A stretch of DNA of 64,000 nt from an uncultured Gammaproteobacteria bacterium (GCA_964443495.1 CAYUCS010000003.1:68031-132030); one strand, 5' to 3'; numbered from the stretch's first letter, positions 43,110-52,641 are shown. Translations and numbers: made by a program. Notes: generated by a model from the letters alone, not told the origin.

Positions 43110-46100
43110 TTATCGTGAGGGGGTCTTTAGAGCGAAGTCTTGACCGATGAAATGCATCGTGTCGAGTGCCGTCTTGGTTTCGGGCAGGATGCTAGCAATA
43201 ATGACATCGTTGCCAAAGAAATCCTCTATCGTGTCACCCGGCTTGTTGATAAGCTTAGCCTCGATCATCATCTTGGCCTCAGCGCTGCCGACGTATACGG
43301 GCAGATATTTCCTGTCACCCAATGCCACTTCGTCAAAACCCTTGATCGAAGCCTTTAGCCTCTCTGGAGTGTTGGTCGCATTAACGAAGTAGAAGTTCTT
43401 GGTGACATCTTTTTCGGCCACAAACTTGATCTCGGCCGTGTTGGTTATGTATGACAAGGTTTTGCCATTGACGAAGTGATATTCGTCGATCAAGGTGCCG
43501 GTCGGTTCAAGGATGCCGACGACCTTGATGCTGGAAAGGCCGAAGAAGTCTTTGAGCGAATCGCCCGGTCCTTGGATCAGTTTTTCCTCCTTCATCATCA
43601 TTGCCTCTTTGTAGCCGACAACCATTTCGTAATCGCTCAAAGCCAAGGTGCCAGCTTCAGCTTTCAGGCTGCCTGGCAGGCTTTCGGCACCCAGGAATAG
43701 CTTGGGGTTGCCTTCGGCAAAATTGATCTTAGTTTCGCCGTTGGCCAGAAAGGTATTTAGAGTAGTGGCCATTTCAACGGAAACGGTTTTTTTCATCCCC
43801 TGGTCTTCCATACCGGAACTGAATTTAGCGAACTCGAAAAAGCCGAGGGTGAAGACGATAATCATGATCAACGGCGCGACTAGTGATGCATAGTTGCGTT
43901 TAGCGGGCCGGAAATAGCGCAAAAGCAAAGAGTTGGACACGACCGAGATTGAGCTAAGGGCCATGGCGAGTCCGGCCAACTCGGGCTTAAGGATCAGGCC
44001 GAAACCGGCGAAGACTCGAGCAGCGATCGGAATCCCGATGACATTGTAGAAGAGGGCAAAGAACATGTTCTGCTTGATCTTGCCCATGGTTTCGCGGGCT
44101 AGCTCGAGTGAGGTGACGACATCGTTCAGGTCGTTCTTCATGATGACGATACCGCCGGTTTCCATGGCTACGTCGGTGCCGGAGCCCATTGCGATGCCCA
44201 AGTTAGCTTGTGCCAGGGCGGGCGCATCATTGATGCCGTCGCCGACCATGGCGACGCGCCTCCCAGTGTCCTGTAGTTTTTTGACCTCATTCGCCTTATC
44301 TTCTGGCAAAACCTCTGCCAAGACATTGGTGATACCTACTTCGCGAGCGATAGCTTGAGCGGTGCGCTGATTATCGCCGGTAATCATATAGACTTCGATG
44401 CCCATGGCCTTGAGCCGGTTGATAGCGGCAGTGGTGGTCGGCTTGACCGTGTCAGCCACGGCAATGGCGCCGAGGACTGTTTCTTTGGTAGCCAGAAGCA
44501 TGGCAGTCTTTCCTTGCTCTTCCAGTTTGGCCAGTTTGCGGTTGATCTTGTCGATCGGGTGGCCTAAGGTTTCGCTTACTAGTTTGCGGTTGCCGAAGTA
44601 GTAAACAGTGCTGTTGATGGTGCCTTGGACGCCGTGTCCAGGGATGGCAGAGAAGTCGTGGACTTCATCGAGGCCGAAGTCTTCGTCCTGAGCGTGGGTG
44701 TAGATCGCCTCGGCCAAGGGGTGTTCGGATAATTTTTCCAAGCTGGCAGCAACTGTAATTACCTCGTCTTCGTCAAGGCTGCCAAATGAAAGAATGTCGG
44801 TCACTTCCGGCTTGCCCTTGGTCAAAGTGCCGGTCTTGTCGAAGATGACGGTATTTATTTTGCAGGCTGCTTCCAGCGGTTCACCACCCTTGATCAAAAT
44901 GCCATATTCGGCGCCTTTGCCAGTGCCGACCATTAATGAAGTCGGAGTGGCTAAGCCGAGAGCGCAAGGGCAAGCGATAACGATGACGGCGGTGAAGGCC
45001 ATCAAGGCGAAGGTTAGGGTTGAGCCGAGCAGGAAATACCAGACCGCGAAGGTGATAATGGCGATGCTGATGACGGCTGGGACGAACCAAGCAGAAATGC
45101 GGTCGGCCATATTTTGGATCGGAGCTTTCGAGCCTTGGGCGTCTTCGATCAGGCGTATAATCTGGGCTAAAGCGGTTTCTGAGCCGATGCGGGTGGCTTC
45201 GAACTCGAAGCTGCCGACCTTGTTGACAGTGCCGCCGATAACTGAGTCGCCGACATGTTTTTCAATCGGCAGGCTTTCACCGGTAATCATAGACTCGTCG
45301 ATGGCAGAGCCGCCCTTAGTGATAGTGCCGTCAACCGGCACCTTTTCGCCTGGGCGCACTATGATGATGTCGCCATGCATCACCTCTTCGACCGGAATAT
45401 CCAGTGTCTGGCCGTTGCGGATGACGCGTGCAGTCTTAGCTGACAGGTCCATCAGCTTCTTGATAGCGTCTGAGGTTTTGCCTTTGGTGCGGATCTCCAG
45501 CCACTTGCCCAGGATGACAAAGGTGATTAGGAAGGCGGCAGTCTCGAAATAGAGGTCGGGTATTTTGCCGTTAAGTCCGATCAGTGAGCGGTTGTTAAAG
45601 TAATAAATCGCATAATTGACCAAACTATAGATAAAGGCGGTCGAGGTGCCGATGGCGATCAAGCTGTCCATGTTAAAGGTCTTCATCTTGAGCGAGGACC
45701 ACATGCCCTTATAAAAGCCGGCACCGATGACCAGCTGGATTGGCAAGGTGAACAGCAATGAGATGATGCCGATGTATGGTGATAGGGCGATCTTGCCAGG
45801 CAACCACGCGAAGAAATCAAGGAACATGAAATACAGCATGGGCAAGCTTAGGACGAAACTGATCCAGAACTTGTTTTTGTAAGAAGAGATTTCCTTTTCA
45901 CGCTTCTTGCTTTCGTATTCGCTGTCTTTGGCATCGACTTCTTCGGCCTTGTAGCCGGCTTTTTCGACGGCCATGATCAGTGTTTGCAGGTCGGCGGAAG
46001 CTTCGTCGAAGACGACGGAAGCCTTTTCGGCCGCGAAGTTGACATTAGCCTGCTTGACGCCAGGCACCTTCTTGAGTGAGCGCTCGATCAAGCCGGCGCA

Positions 46101-46739
46101 GGACGAACAGTGCATGCCGTAAAGCGAGAGGTTGGCGCGCTTGGCATGGTCGGCGCCAGCAATCGGATTGGCATTTAAGAGCGGAGCTGAGGCCTCATTC
46201 ATTTTCGCCGCTGCCACGGTGGGGGTGGGTGCCGCGGTTTTGTGGCTGCCTAGTAAAGAATCGAATAAGCCGGCCAGATTGGCAGTGTTGCTCAGTTGGT
46301 CGACGAATTCCTTGGCTTCGGCCTGGCCTTCTGGCACGCTGAATTCGGCCAGCTTGTCGTTATGGATCTTGCCTTCGAAATATGGCCGGCCGTTATTGTC
46401 GGAAAGCACGCGCCCTTCGGCTTCAATCTTGGCCTCAAGCTTGATTTTTAATGGTTGATCGTCGCCAGCCCGTTGTTTTTTGACCGCAATCTGGCTGGCG
46501 GCCAGCTTGGCTGGGGCGGCCGGATTAGCAATGGTCGCCTTGTAGCCGGCTCGTTCGATGGCAGCTAGGATATCATCGGGGGACGCTTGGGCAGGGTCCA
46601 GTTGCACCGTGGCGCGGCCAGTCTGGTGGTCGATGCTGATGTTAGTGACTCCTGCCAACTCCTCCAGCTCAGCGGCAATGATCTTTTCGCAGGATGCGCA
46701 GTGCATGCCCGAAATAAATAGTTCTATCTGTTGTTTCAT
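43110..46739 (-). CDS. copA: Copper-translocating P1B-type ATPase with two N-terminal HMA domains, an extra C-terminal TM helix and a ~235-aa C-terminal repeat domain
   Basis: HMA motifs GMHCASC and GMHCSSC, TM6 CPC ([12 protein letters not shown]), [13 protein letters not shown] and TGES. The core ends about aa 950 ([12 protein letters not shown]). A further 259 aa follow in the same frame. Confidence 0.9.
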   Translation of the reverse strand: MKQQIELFISGMHCASCEKIIAAELEELAGVTNISIDHQTGRATVQLDPAQASPDDILAAIERAGYKATIANPAAPAKLAASQIAVKKQRAGDDQPLKIKLEAKIEAEGRVLSDNNGRPYFEGKIHNDKLAEFSVPEGQAEAKEFVDQLSNTANLAGLFDSLLGSHKTAAPTPTVAAAKMNEASAPLLNANPIAGADHAKRANLSLYGMHCSSCAGLIERSLKKVPGVKQANVNFAAEKASVVFDEASADLQTLIMAVEKAGYKAEEVDAKDSEYESKKREKEISSYKNKFWISFVLSLPMLYFMFLDFFAWLPGKIALSPYIGIISLLFTLPIQLVIGAGFYKGMWSSLKMKTFNMDSLIAIGTSTAFIYSLVNYAIYYFNNRSLIGLNGKIPDLYFETAAFLITFVILGKWLEIRTKGKTSDAIKKLMDLSAKTARVIRNGQTLDIPVEEVMHGDIIIVRPGEKVPVDGTITKGGSAIDESMITGESLPIEKHVGDSVIGGTVNKVGSFEFEATRIGSETALAQIIRLIEDAQGSKAPIQNMADRISAWFVPAVISIAIITFAVWYFLLGSTLTFALMAFTAVIVIACPCALGLATPTSLMVGTGKGAEYGILIKGGEPLEAACKINTVIFDKTGTLTKGKPEVTDILSFGSLDEDEVITVAASLEKLSEHPLAEAIYTHAQDEDFGLDEVHDFSAIPGHGVQGTINSTVYYFGNRKLVSETLGHPIDKINRKLAKLEEQGKTAMLLATKETVLGAIAVADTVKPTTTAAINRLKAMGIEVYMITGDNQRTAQAIAREVGITNVLAEVLPEDKANEVKKLQDTGRRVAMVGDGINDAPALAQANLGIAMGSGTDVAMETGGIVIMKNDLNDVVTSLELARETMGKIKQNMFFALFYNVIGIPIAARVFAGFGLILKPELAGLAMALSSISVVSNSLLLRYFRPAKRNYASLVAPLIMIIVFTLGFFEFAKFSSGMEDQGMKKTVSVEMATTLNTFLANGETKINFAEGNPKLFLGAESLPGSLKAEAGTLALSDYEMVVGYKEAMMMKEEKLIQGPGDSLKDFFGLSSIKVVGILEPTGTLIDEYHFVNGKTLSYITNTAEIKFVAEKDVTKNFYFVNATNTPERLKASIKGFDEVALGDRKYLPVYVGSAEAKMMIEAKLINKPGDTIEDFFGNDVIIASILPETKTALDTMHFIGQDFALKTPSR

Positions 46740-46744
46740 AGGGG

Positions 46745-46948
46745 TTAGTTAATTGAGTAATCGGTTCCCTTGAGCGCGTCTTTGACCTCTTCGAGACTGA
46801 CTTTCCGCTCGGCCGTAATGGTGGTGCGGCCGGTTGCCGAATCGACGAGGATATTGCTGACGCCCGGGATTTTGGAAAGTTTCATGGTGCAAAGCTTAGC
46901 ACAAGCACTACAAGTGAGTCCTTGTATCGAAAATGTTTGCGTATTCAT
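46745..46948 (-). CDS. copZ: Copper chaperone CopZ (single HMA domain)
   Basis: [19 protein letters not shown]...; 67 aa. Confidence 0.85.
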   Translation of the reverse strand: MNTQTFSIQGLTCSACAKLCTMKLSKIPGVSNILVDSATGRTTITAERKVSLEEVKDALKGTDYSIN

Positions 46949-46956
46949 ATGAAGAG

Positions 46957-48768
46957 TTAATTAACAGTGATGTGGCCTCGGACCATGCCCATGCCGCAGG
47001 TGATCTGGTAAGTGCCAGGCTCGGTCGGGGTGAATTGCATGGTGATTTTCTTACCCGCTTCCAATAATTGCGGCTCTTCGGCCAGGTCGGATACCTTAAT
47101 GTAGCTCATGCAACCGCCGCCATCCTCTTGAGCATCGATTTCGAAGCGGACTGGCTTGCCGGCCTTGACCGTGAATTCGCTCGGCTGGATGTCAGCGGCC
47201 TGGGTATAGACAGCTTTAATCACCTGTTCATTAGTTGTTGAGTCTTTTGTGGTTACGGCAGGCTTGGTGTTAGTCGGGGCAGTTTTTTTGCCTCCGCCGC
47301 AACCGCAACCGCCGGCAGAACCGCACGAGGCGCCGCCATCGATTGCCGCCGGAGCGGTATTGTCTGCCGGCTCGTCAGCCGCTGTTCCGCCACCCCCCGA
47401 AGAATCGACCACATTGAAGCTTCCGGTATACATGCCCATGGAGCAGGAGAATTTCAAGGTGCCTGGTTCCTTGGGCGTGAATTCTATTATATTCATGCCT
47501 GCTTTCAAGGATTTGCTGATGTTGAGTTGGCGAACGACCAAAGCGCTAGCGCAGGAATAAGGAGCCTTGGCATCGATTTCCCAGCGGACCGGAACTCCCG
47601 CCTTGATAGTGAAGCGGTTGGGTTCGTAGCCGCGGTTTGTTTCCGACATACTGACCACCTGTACCCCATTTTCCATTTTGACATTAGGGTCCTGCGCTGT
47701 GACAGTCTTGGCTTCAGTGGTATTGAATTCAGGAGTCCAACCCAGAAGGGTTAAGCCGTTTTTCAAGTTAAACAGCGAGAGCAGGACCACGACCGTGCCG
47801 GCAAACCTGAAGAATCTTTTGGCCGACTCGCCCTTAAAGATGGAGGTAAGACCGCCGACGCTCAAAAGGCCGGGCGCCGTTCCCAATGCGAACAAGCCCA
47901 TAATCACGGCACCATCAAAAGCGCTACCGCTCGAAACGGCGTAGAGCTGCATGGCCTGAGTGAAACCGCAAGGAAGAAAAAAGGTAGAAGCTCCTAGAAT
48001 CATCGAGTTCTTGTGGCTATACTCCTTGTTTTTGGAGCCGATGCCCAAAGTTTTGGCCACTCCCTTAGGCAGAGCCAGCTTGAAGGTGTTAAGCCTCGGC
48101 ATCAGTTCAGTGAGCTGCAAGCCCATGAGCAACATGACAAGTCCGACTAATACGGTAAGAAGAGCGCTGAGGGAAGGCGAAAGCTGGAAGGCTGAGCCGA
48201 TCATGCCAAGCAAGGCTCCGAAAAAGGCGTAGCCCAGTATGCGGCCGCCATTGAAGTATAGGTGAGGACGAAATTTCTGCTTGGGAGTAGCCTCTGGATG
48301 GGCTTCAGCGAACTTGGCCGACATGCCCAAAGTCAGGCCGCCAACCAAGGCCATGCAGGTCGAAAATCCGGCGACTAGGCCGATAAGCATGACCACCCCG
48401 ATGCTCGAAGGGTTGTTGGCCGCGCCAACGTTCATGTCGGTCAGGCCGAAAAATCCGAGGATGCCGTAGATGAAGAAAACTATAAGCAATGAATTGAAGA
48501 TTGCCTTGTAGTCGCCGGGATTCTTGCTGAACCAGGGCATTTTTTTCGTTTCGCCGATGGTATAGCCCGCTTCGACAACGGCTTTTTCAAGATTGTGAAT
48601 GCGAGGCGAAGATTCGGCTGCGAAAAAGACGTCAGCCTGGCCCTTTTTGTAGTTTACCTCGACTTTTTTGACGTGCTCGACCGAAGAGAGTTTTTCCTCA
48701 AGCAGCATTTCGCACGAGCGGCAATGCATGCCGCTGATCGGCAGGGAGATTTTATGTAATTCGTTCAT
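46957..48768 (-). CDS. HMA domain - DsbD_2/TauE-like polytopic membrane domain - two cupredoxin-like domains
   Basis: ATG at 48768 (MNELHKISLPISGMHCRSCE...). The membrane core has GFSTCMALVGG and FFLPCGFTQ. A Gly/Cys-rich linker (CGSAGGCGCGGG) separates two C-terminal beta-sandwich repeats, ending ...LKFSCSMGMYTGSFNVV and ...YQITCGMGMVRGHITV. Confidence 0.8.
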   Translation of the reverse strand: MNELHKISLPISGMHCRSCEMLLEEKLSSVEHVKKVEVNYKKGQADVFFAAESSPRIHNLEKAVVEAGYTIGETKKMPWFSKNPGDYKAIFNSLLIVFFIYGILGFFGLTDMNVGAANNPSSIGVVMLIGLVAGFSTCMALVGGLTLGMSAKFAEAHPEATPKQKFRPHLYFNGGRILGYAFFGALLGMIGSAFQLSPSLSALLTVLVGLVMLLMGLQLTELMPRLNTFKLALPKGVAKTLGIGSKNKEYSHKNSMILGASTFFLPCGFTQAMQLYAVSSGSAFDGAVIMGLFALGTAPGLLSVGGLTSIFKGESAKRFFRFAGTVVVLLSLFNLKNGLTLLGWTPEFNTTEAKTVTAQDPNVKMENGVQVVSMSETNRGYEPNRFTIKAGVPVRWEIDAKAPYSCASALVVRQLNISKSLKAGMNIIEFTPKEPGTLKFSCSMGMYTGSFNVVDSSGGGGTAADEPADNTAPAAIDGGASCGSAGGCGCGGGKKTAPTNTKPAVTTKDSTTNEQVIKAVYTQAADIQPSEFTVKAGKPVRFEIDAQEDGGGCMSYIKVSDLAEEPQLLEAGKKITMQFTPTEPGTYQITCGMGMVRGHITVN

Positions 48769-48831
48769 AGTTAAGTCAGTTAAATAAAATAAACTTGCAG
48801 GCATGGGGCTGCCTGTTTAACTGAGCCAACT

Positions 48832-49224
48832 TTAGATCCGTAGCACGATGGTATCGAGAGCAATCTGGCTAGGAGGTGCCTGAAAGCTTTTTGGCTTCGG
48901 CAAACCATGGCTAATGGGCAATGATTCGCCGAGACGTGATGATGGTATTAGAAAAGATTTGTTGAATTCGTAAATCGCCAGCAGCGGTGCAGCGGTGCTG
49001 CCTTTCTTGTCGGCACAACATGGCAGGATATCTTTTTGCGCGCCGTCTTCCTTCTTTTCCCCGCCGGCTTTTTCGTGAGCATGGCAAGCGCCATAGCTTT
49101 CCGCAGCCGACAAAGAGGGGGCGGCGTTCATAAGAAACGCGTGAAAAAAATTCGCCATCATCAAGCCGATGATTACGGAAATCATCCCGACATGACGCAA
49201 GTTTTTTATTATTCCCCCAGTCAT
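48832..49224 (-). CDS. Hypothetical Cys/His-rich bitopic membrane protein of the copper operon
   Basis: Its ATG directly abuts the csoR stop (TGAATG). It has one TM (VGMISVIIGLMMANFFHAFLM) and then CHAHEKAGG and LPCCADKK motifs. I recognise no family. Confidence 0.6.
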   Translation of the reverse strand: MTGGIIKNLRHVGMISVIIGLMMANFFHAFLMNAAPSLSAAESYGACHAHEKAGGEKKEDGAQKDILPCCADKKGSTAAPLLAIYEFNKSFLIPSSRLGESLPISHGLPKPKSFQAPPSQIALDTIVLRI

Positions 49225-49494
49225 TCAGTTGAATTTTTTATAAACTTCAAGAAGCTCCGCGACGGTTTGCTGCTCACGGTCCTCCTTGATGGCATTGACC
49301 ACGCAAGTCTTCAAGTGGTTTGATAGCAGAACCTCCTCAGCCTTTTTAATAGCCCCGCGGACGGCCGATGCCTGCTGTATGATGTCGAGGCAGTAGGCAT
49401 CCTGCTCGATCATCTCGATGATCTTGTTAAGATGTCCGGCGGTTATCTTCAGTCGCCTGGTGGCGTCTTTTTTGGCGCAAGAAATGGGGCTCAT
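49225..49494 (-). CDS. csoR: CsoR/RcnR family metal-sensing transcriptional repressor
   Basis: ATG at 49494 (MSPISCAKKDATRRLKITAGHLNKIIEMIEQDAYCLDIIQQ...HLKTCV). The Cys-His-Cys ligand pattern matches Cu(I)-sensing CsoR. The operator lies just upstream of this start. Confidence 0.85.
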   Translation of the reverse strand: MSPISCAKKDATRRLKITAGHLNKIIEMIEQDAYCLDIIQQASAVRGAIKKAEEVLLSNHLKTCVVNAIKEDREQQTVAELLEVYKKFN

Positions 49495-49506
49495 AAATAT
49501 TCTTAT

Positions 49507-49525
49507 TACCCCCCTGGGGAGGGTA
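49507..49525 (-). promoter_or_regulatory. CsoR-type operator (GC-rich pseudo-palindrome TACCC-N9-GGGTA)
   Basis: TACCCCCCTGGGGAGGGTA lies between the -10 element and the csoR ATG. CsoR operators in other bacteria are TACCC...GGGTA-type G/C-tract inverted repeats. Confidence 0.55.
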
Positions 49526-49530
49526 CTGTT

Positions 49531-49559
49531 AATATATCCGGTGCAGGAGAATAAGTCAA
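49531..49559 (-). promoter_or_regulatory. Candidate promoter of the csoR-copA operon
   Basis: Minus strand: TTGACT (49559-49554), 17 nt, TATATT (49536-49531). Confidence 0.5.
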
Positions 49560-49613
49560 GCGAGCGGGAATGTAGGCGGTGCATATGAGCGGGAAATTAT
49601 TTTTTGGCCATAT

Positions 49614-49646
49614 AAAAAACCGGCGTCGCTAGAGGCCGGTTTTTTA
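49614..49646 (-). terminator. Intrinsic terminator after the DsbA-like gene
   Basis: AAAAAACCGGC-10 nt-GCCGGTTTTTT. Confidence 0.75.
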
Positions 49647-49653
49647 TATGGAG

Positions 49654-50397
49654 TTATTTCAATTCAGCTTTGATCATGCCTTCGATTGTTGAAAAGGGAA
49701 CGGCTCCTGGAATGGATTTGCCATTAATGAAGCTTCCGGGGGTGCCCCTGACACCAAGGCCTTGACCCTCTTGCAGGTCGGCGCTGACTTTGGCAGCCAT
49801 TTTTCCAGAGGAAAGGCAGGTGTCGAATTTGCCAGTGTTAAGTCCAAGCTCTTTGGCGGCAGCGGCAAAATATTCGGCGCTTAAACTGCTTTGGTTGGCA
49901 TAGAGCTTGTCAGTATATTCCCAAAATTTGCCCTGTTCGCCAGCGCACTCGGTTGCCTCAGCCGCTTTTCTGGCCATCGGATGAATGGAGTCAAGCGGAA
50001 AGTGGCGGAATACCCAGCGCACGTCTTTCGGATAATTTTTCATGACCTGAAGCATCGTGTCGTGATACCGCGAGCAGAAGGGGCACTGGATGTCTGAGTA
50101 CTCGACAATGGTGATCTTGGCGTTCTTGTTGCCGCGTATGTGGTCGTCTTTAGCGATTTTGATATCGACTTTGGCGCCAGCGTCAGCGCTTGGCTGTGCC
50201 TTAGTTCCGGTGTCGTCATTCTTGACGATCGGAGCCGAGTCGTCATTTCCGGGATCGAAGCTGCCGTCAGAAAACTGGGTTTTAAGATATAGTCCTAAAA
50301 AAAGCAGGAATCCGATAAATGAAATGGCGGCTGCCCCGCTGACCAGCCCCAGAATAAAGCTGGTTTTGGAACGAATTAATTTCTCTTGGCCTAGCAT
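49654..50397 (-). CDS. DsbA-family thiol:disulfide oxidoreductase with an N-terminal membrane anchor
   Basis: TM anchor (FILGLVSGAAAISFIGFLLFLGLYL) and a thioredoxin-fold active site (YSDIQCPFCSRYH). Confidence 0.85.
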   Translation of the reverse strand: MLGQEKLIRSKTSFILGLVSGAAAISFIGFLLFLGLYLKTQFSDGSFDPGNDDSAPIVKNDDTGTKAQPSADAGAKVDIKIAKDDHIRGNKNAKITIVEYSDIQCPFCSRYHDTMLQVMKNYPKDVRWVFRHFPLDSIHPMARKAAEATECAGEQGKFWEYTDKLYANQSSLSAEYFAAAAKELGLNTGKFDTCLSSGKMAAKVSADLQEGQGLGVRGTPGSFINGKSIPGAVPFSTIEGMIKAELK

Positions 50398-50415
50398 AGG
50401 TATTGATTGTTATTA

Positions 50416-50760
50416 TTAAGCGTAATAATGAGGCTTGTGGACGCATCGGTCGCAATATTCGATCCAAGGTTCCCGTCGCAAGTCTTCTTCTTTTATTTCC
50501 GTGCCGCACTCGATGCATCGGCCGTAAGTGCCGTCTTTGAGACGTCCAAGCGCGTCTTCGATGCGTCCCAGGATTTCTCGGTGCACTTTTACCAATGATT
50601 CTTCGATGATGTCCTCGGTGGCATCGTGCGCCAGGTCTTCGGCGCTAGGGTTGTCCATCGTTTCTTCAGGCGAAGTTAGTTTGGCGATTTCTTGTTCGAC
50701 CGCAGCCCGTTCCTCCTCTAAGCGCTGGGTCAGTTCCCTGATAAGTGAGTCACTGTACAT
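50416..50760 (-). CDS. DksA/TraR family C4-type zinc-finger protein
   Basis: Coiled-coil N-half and C-terminal GTYGRCIECGTEI...YCDRC. Confidence 0.8.
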   Translation of the reverse strand: MYSDSLIRELTQRLEEERAAVEQEIAKLTSPEETMDNPSAEDLAHDATEDIIEESLVKVHREILGRIEDALGRLKDGTYGRCIECGTEIKEEDLRREPWIEYCDRCVHKPHYYA

Positions 50761-50819
50761 GAGAAAAGCTTAGTTTTTAAGTGGTTTTATTTTAGCACAA
50801 GGATTTTAATAAATAAACC

Positions 50820-51338
50820 CTAGCGCTGGTATAAATAAATCGACGTTTTTCTGGCCGATGGCTTGCTTATTTCGCTAGGATCCCAACCGTTTATGGCGAA
50901 AGCGTAGGAAATGACGCGCGCCCCGGGCTTTAATTCGCGCTCCAGCTTCGGCCGCAGCCTCGTTTTCAGTTTGTCCGGGATGCCGAACACGTAAATTACG
51001 TCGTATTCGGCCAAGCTGATCGTGAACAGGCTCCCCCAAAAATAGGAAAGATTCCGTCGTTTACCAAAAAGACCTCGGAGCCAGGACCATAGGTACAAGG
51101 GGATGGCTAATTCGATGCCATGGATAATGGCATCGGAGCGCTCGGCGATAAAGCGTGGCACAGTGCCGGTGCCGCAGCCGAGGTCGATGAATTTTTCATC
51201 AGGCTTGAGATTGGCCAGCTCAAAAACCCTGGAAAGGTCTTCTTTGCGCGTGGGGACCCACACGATCAAGGACATGGAAGCGATGGCCATCGAAAGCAAG
51301 GGGATAAAAATCAAAATGTAGATTAGCCAAATCATCAT
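50820..51338 (-). CDS. Membrane-anchored class I SAM-dependent methyltransferase
   Basis: N-terminal TM helix, then motif I FIDLGCGTGT; 172 aa. It has a 4-nt overlap with the upstream gene. Confidence 0.7.
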   Translation of the reverse strand: MMIWLIYILIFIPLLSMAIASMSLIVWVPTRKEDLSRVFELANLKPDEKFIDLGCGTGTVPRFIAERSDAIIHGIELAIPLYLWSWLRGLFGKRRNLSYFWGSLFTISLAEYDVIYVFGIPDKLKTRLRPKLERELKPGARVISYAFAINGWDPSEISKPSARKTSIYLYQR

Positions 51339-52615
51339 TTAGGTTCAGCAACGGTTTCGGTGCAAAGACTTTTTTCATTGCACGAGTTCGGCTGGTAGCA
51401 GTAAAGGAAGCGATCGTCTTTGCAGCAAGCGGCGTCACGGTAGCCGCAACTGACGCGCTTAATGAAAACTTGAGTAATGATGAAATAATCTTTGACTTGG
51501 GCTACGCCGACACCGGCCTCATTGTAGTCGCCGTTCAGGATGTTGCGCCTGTGCCCCGGACTGTTCATCCAGCCGGTGACAGCCCGCCGCTCTACCTCTT
51601 GGGTGCTGTAATATGTCGTTTCAAGTACGGTAATAATCGGAGAGCCCTCTAACAAGCTTTCCCGGCGCTTGACCTCCGCCTTTAAAATGTCGATTTTCTG
51701 CTCGGTTGTCGATGCTTGGTGAATTTTCCGGTCGTATTCGCCATTGGCCTGCGTTTGCTCTGCTTGGCAGTCTTGTTCCTGGATGCCGGTGCTTTCGTAG
51801 GTGCCATCCTTGACTTGCGGCGTCAAGGCGATGTTTTCTGCGCTGCCGCTGAAATAGAACAACCCCCGGTTGTTCAGCCGTTCGCCCTGGTAGAGGCCGA
51901 AACGCTGGCCTTCATGATGGATGAAGGGGTAGCTGCAAAGCCTGATGGTGCTGATCAGGTATTTGTTTTCTTCAGCCTGATTCTGGCTGTGTTCTCGGGC
52001 GACGGCTGCCACCTCATCATTCCAAGAAAGCGGCGCCAATCCGCCGCCGGCGCGCTCTTTGTTTATCAAGACATGAATTTCTTTCTCCATTTGTCCAAGT
52101 AACGGTGACGGGTTTTTGAGCGATGCCGGCTTTTGTTCCGGTTGCGCGCTGGCTGGTTGGCTGACAAAGCCCAAGGGGATCTTGTTAAGCTCCACATCCT
52201 TTATGCCAAGTCCTAGACGACGCATGGCATTGAATGCATCGGTTGGTCGTCCGAGAAAATGCAGCGAGAGGTCGGCGGGGTTGATATACCAAGCTTCGCC
52301 CGATTTCTGGGTCCGTATCAATATTTTGCCCGCTAAGCGTTTTTTTGCGGCAGGACCAAGCTTGCCAAAATCGGCCTCATTGATGCCCAGTCCTAGTTGC
52401 TTCATGACGGAGAAAGCATCGGCGGGCCGGCCAAGAAAATACCGCCTGTCGTTAACGGGGTTGATGTACCAAGCTTCGCCATGCTGCTCAACCTGGATCA
52501 GGATGCGTCCGCGGAGCCGGATATTGGCAGTTTCTGCCTGAAGCAGCGGCAAGGGCAAACTTAGCCAAAGGGACAAAGAGAGAAACCAAAAAAGTCTTAG
52601 GTGGGATTTTTTCAT
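51335..52615 (-). CDS. Secreted protein: two tandem ~55-aa GEAWYINP modules plus an SCP/CAP (YkwD-like) domain and a Cys-rich tail
   Basis: Signal peptide. The repeats are RGRILIQVEQHGEAWYINPVNDRRYFLGRPADAFSVMKQLGLGI and AGKILIRTQKSGEAWYINPADLSLHFLGRPTDAFNAMRRLGLGI. CAP motifs: LSWNDEVAAVAREHSQ and GWMNSPGHRRNIL. Confidence 0.8.
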   Translation of the reverse strand: MKKSHLRLFWFLSLSLWLSLPLPLLQAETANIRLRGRILIQVEQHGEAWYINPVNDRRYFLGRPADAFSVMKQLGLGINEADFGKLGPAAKKRLAGKILIRTQKSGEAWYINPADLSLHFLGRPTDAFNAMRRLGLGIKDVELNKIPLGFVSQPASAQPEQKPASLKNPSPLLGQMEKEIHVLINKERAGGGLAPLSWNDEVAAVAREHSQNQAEENKYLISTIRLCSYPFIHHEGQRFGLYQGERLNNRGLFYFSGSAENIALTPQVKDGTYESTGIQEQDCQAEQTQANGEYDRKIHQASTTEQKIDILKAEVKRRESLLEGSPIITVLETTYYSTQEVERRAVTGWMNSPGHRRNILNGDYNEAGVGVAQVKDYFIITQVFIKRVSCGYRDAACCKDDRFLYCYQPNSCNEKSLCTETVAEPK

Positions 52616-52641
52616 ACGGAGAAAGTGTTAAGACGGTGAGA

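Noticed and set aside
44794-45552. 252-aa plus-strand ORF inside copA.
   Set aside because: It is antisense to the conserved CPC/DKTGT core of the ATPase, and its Ser/Pro/Thr-rich composition has no motif.
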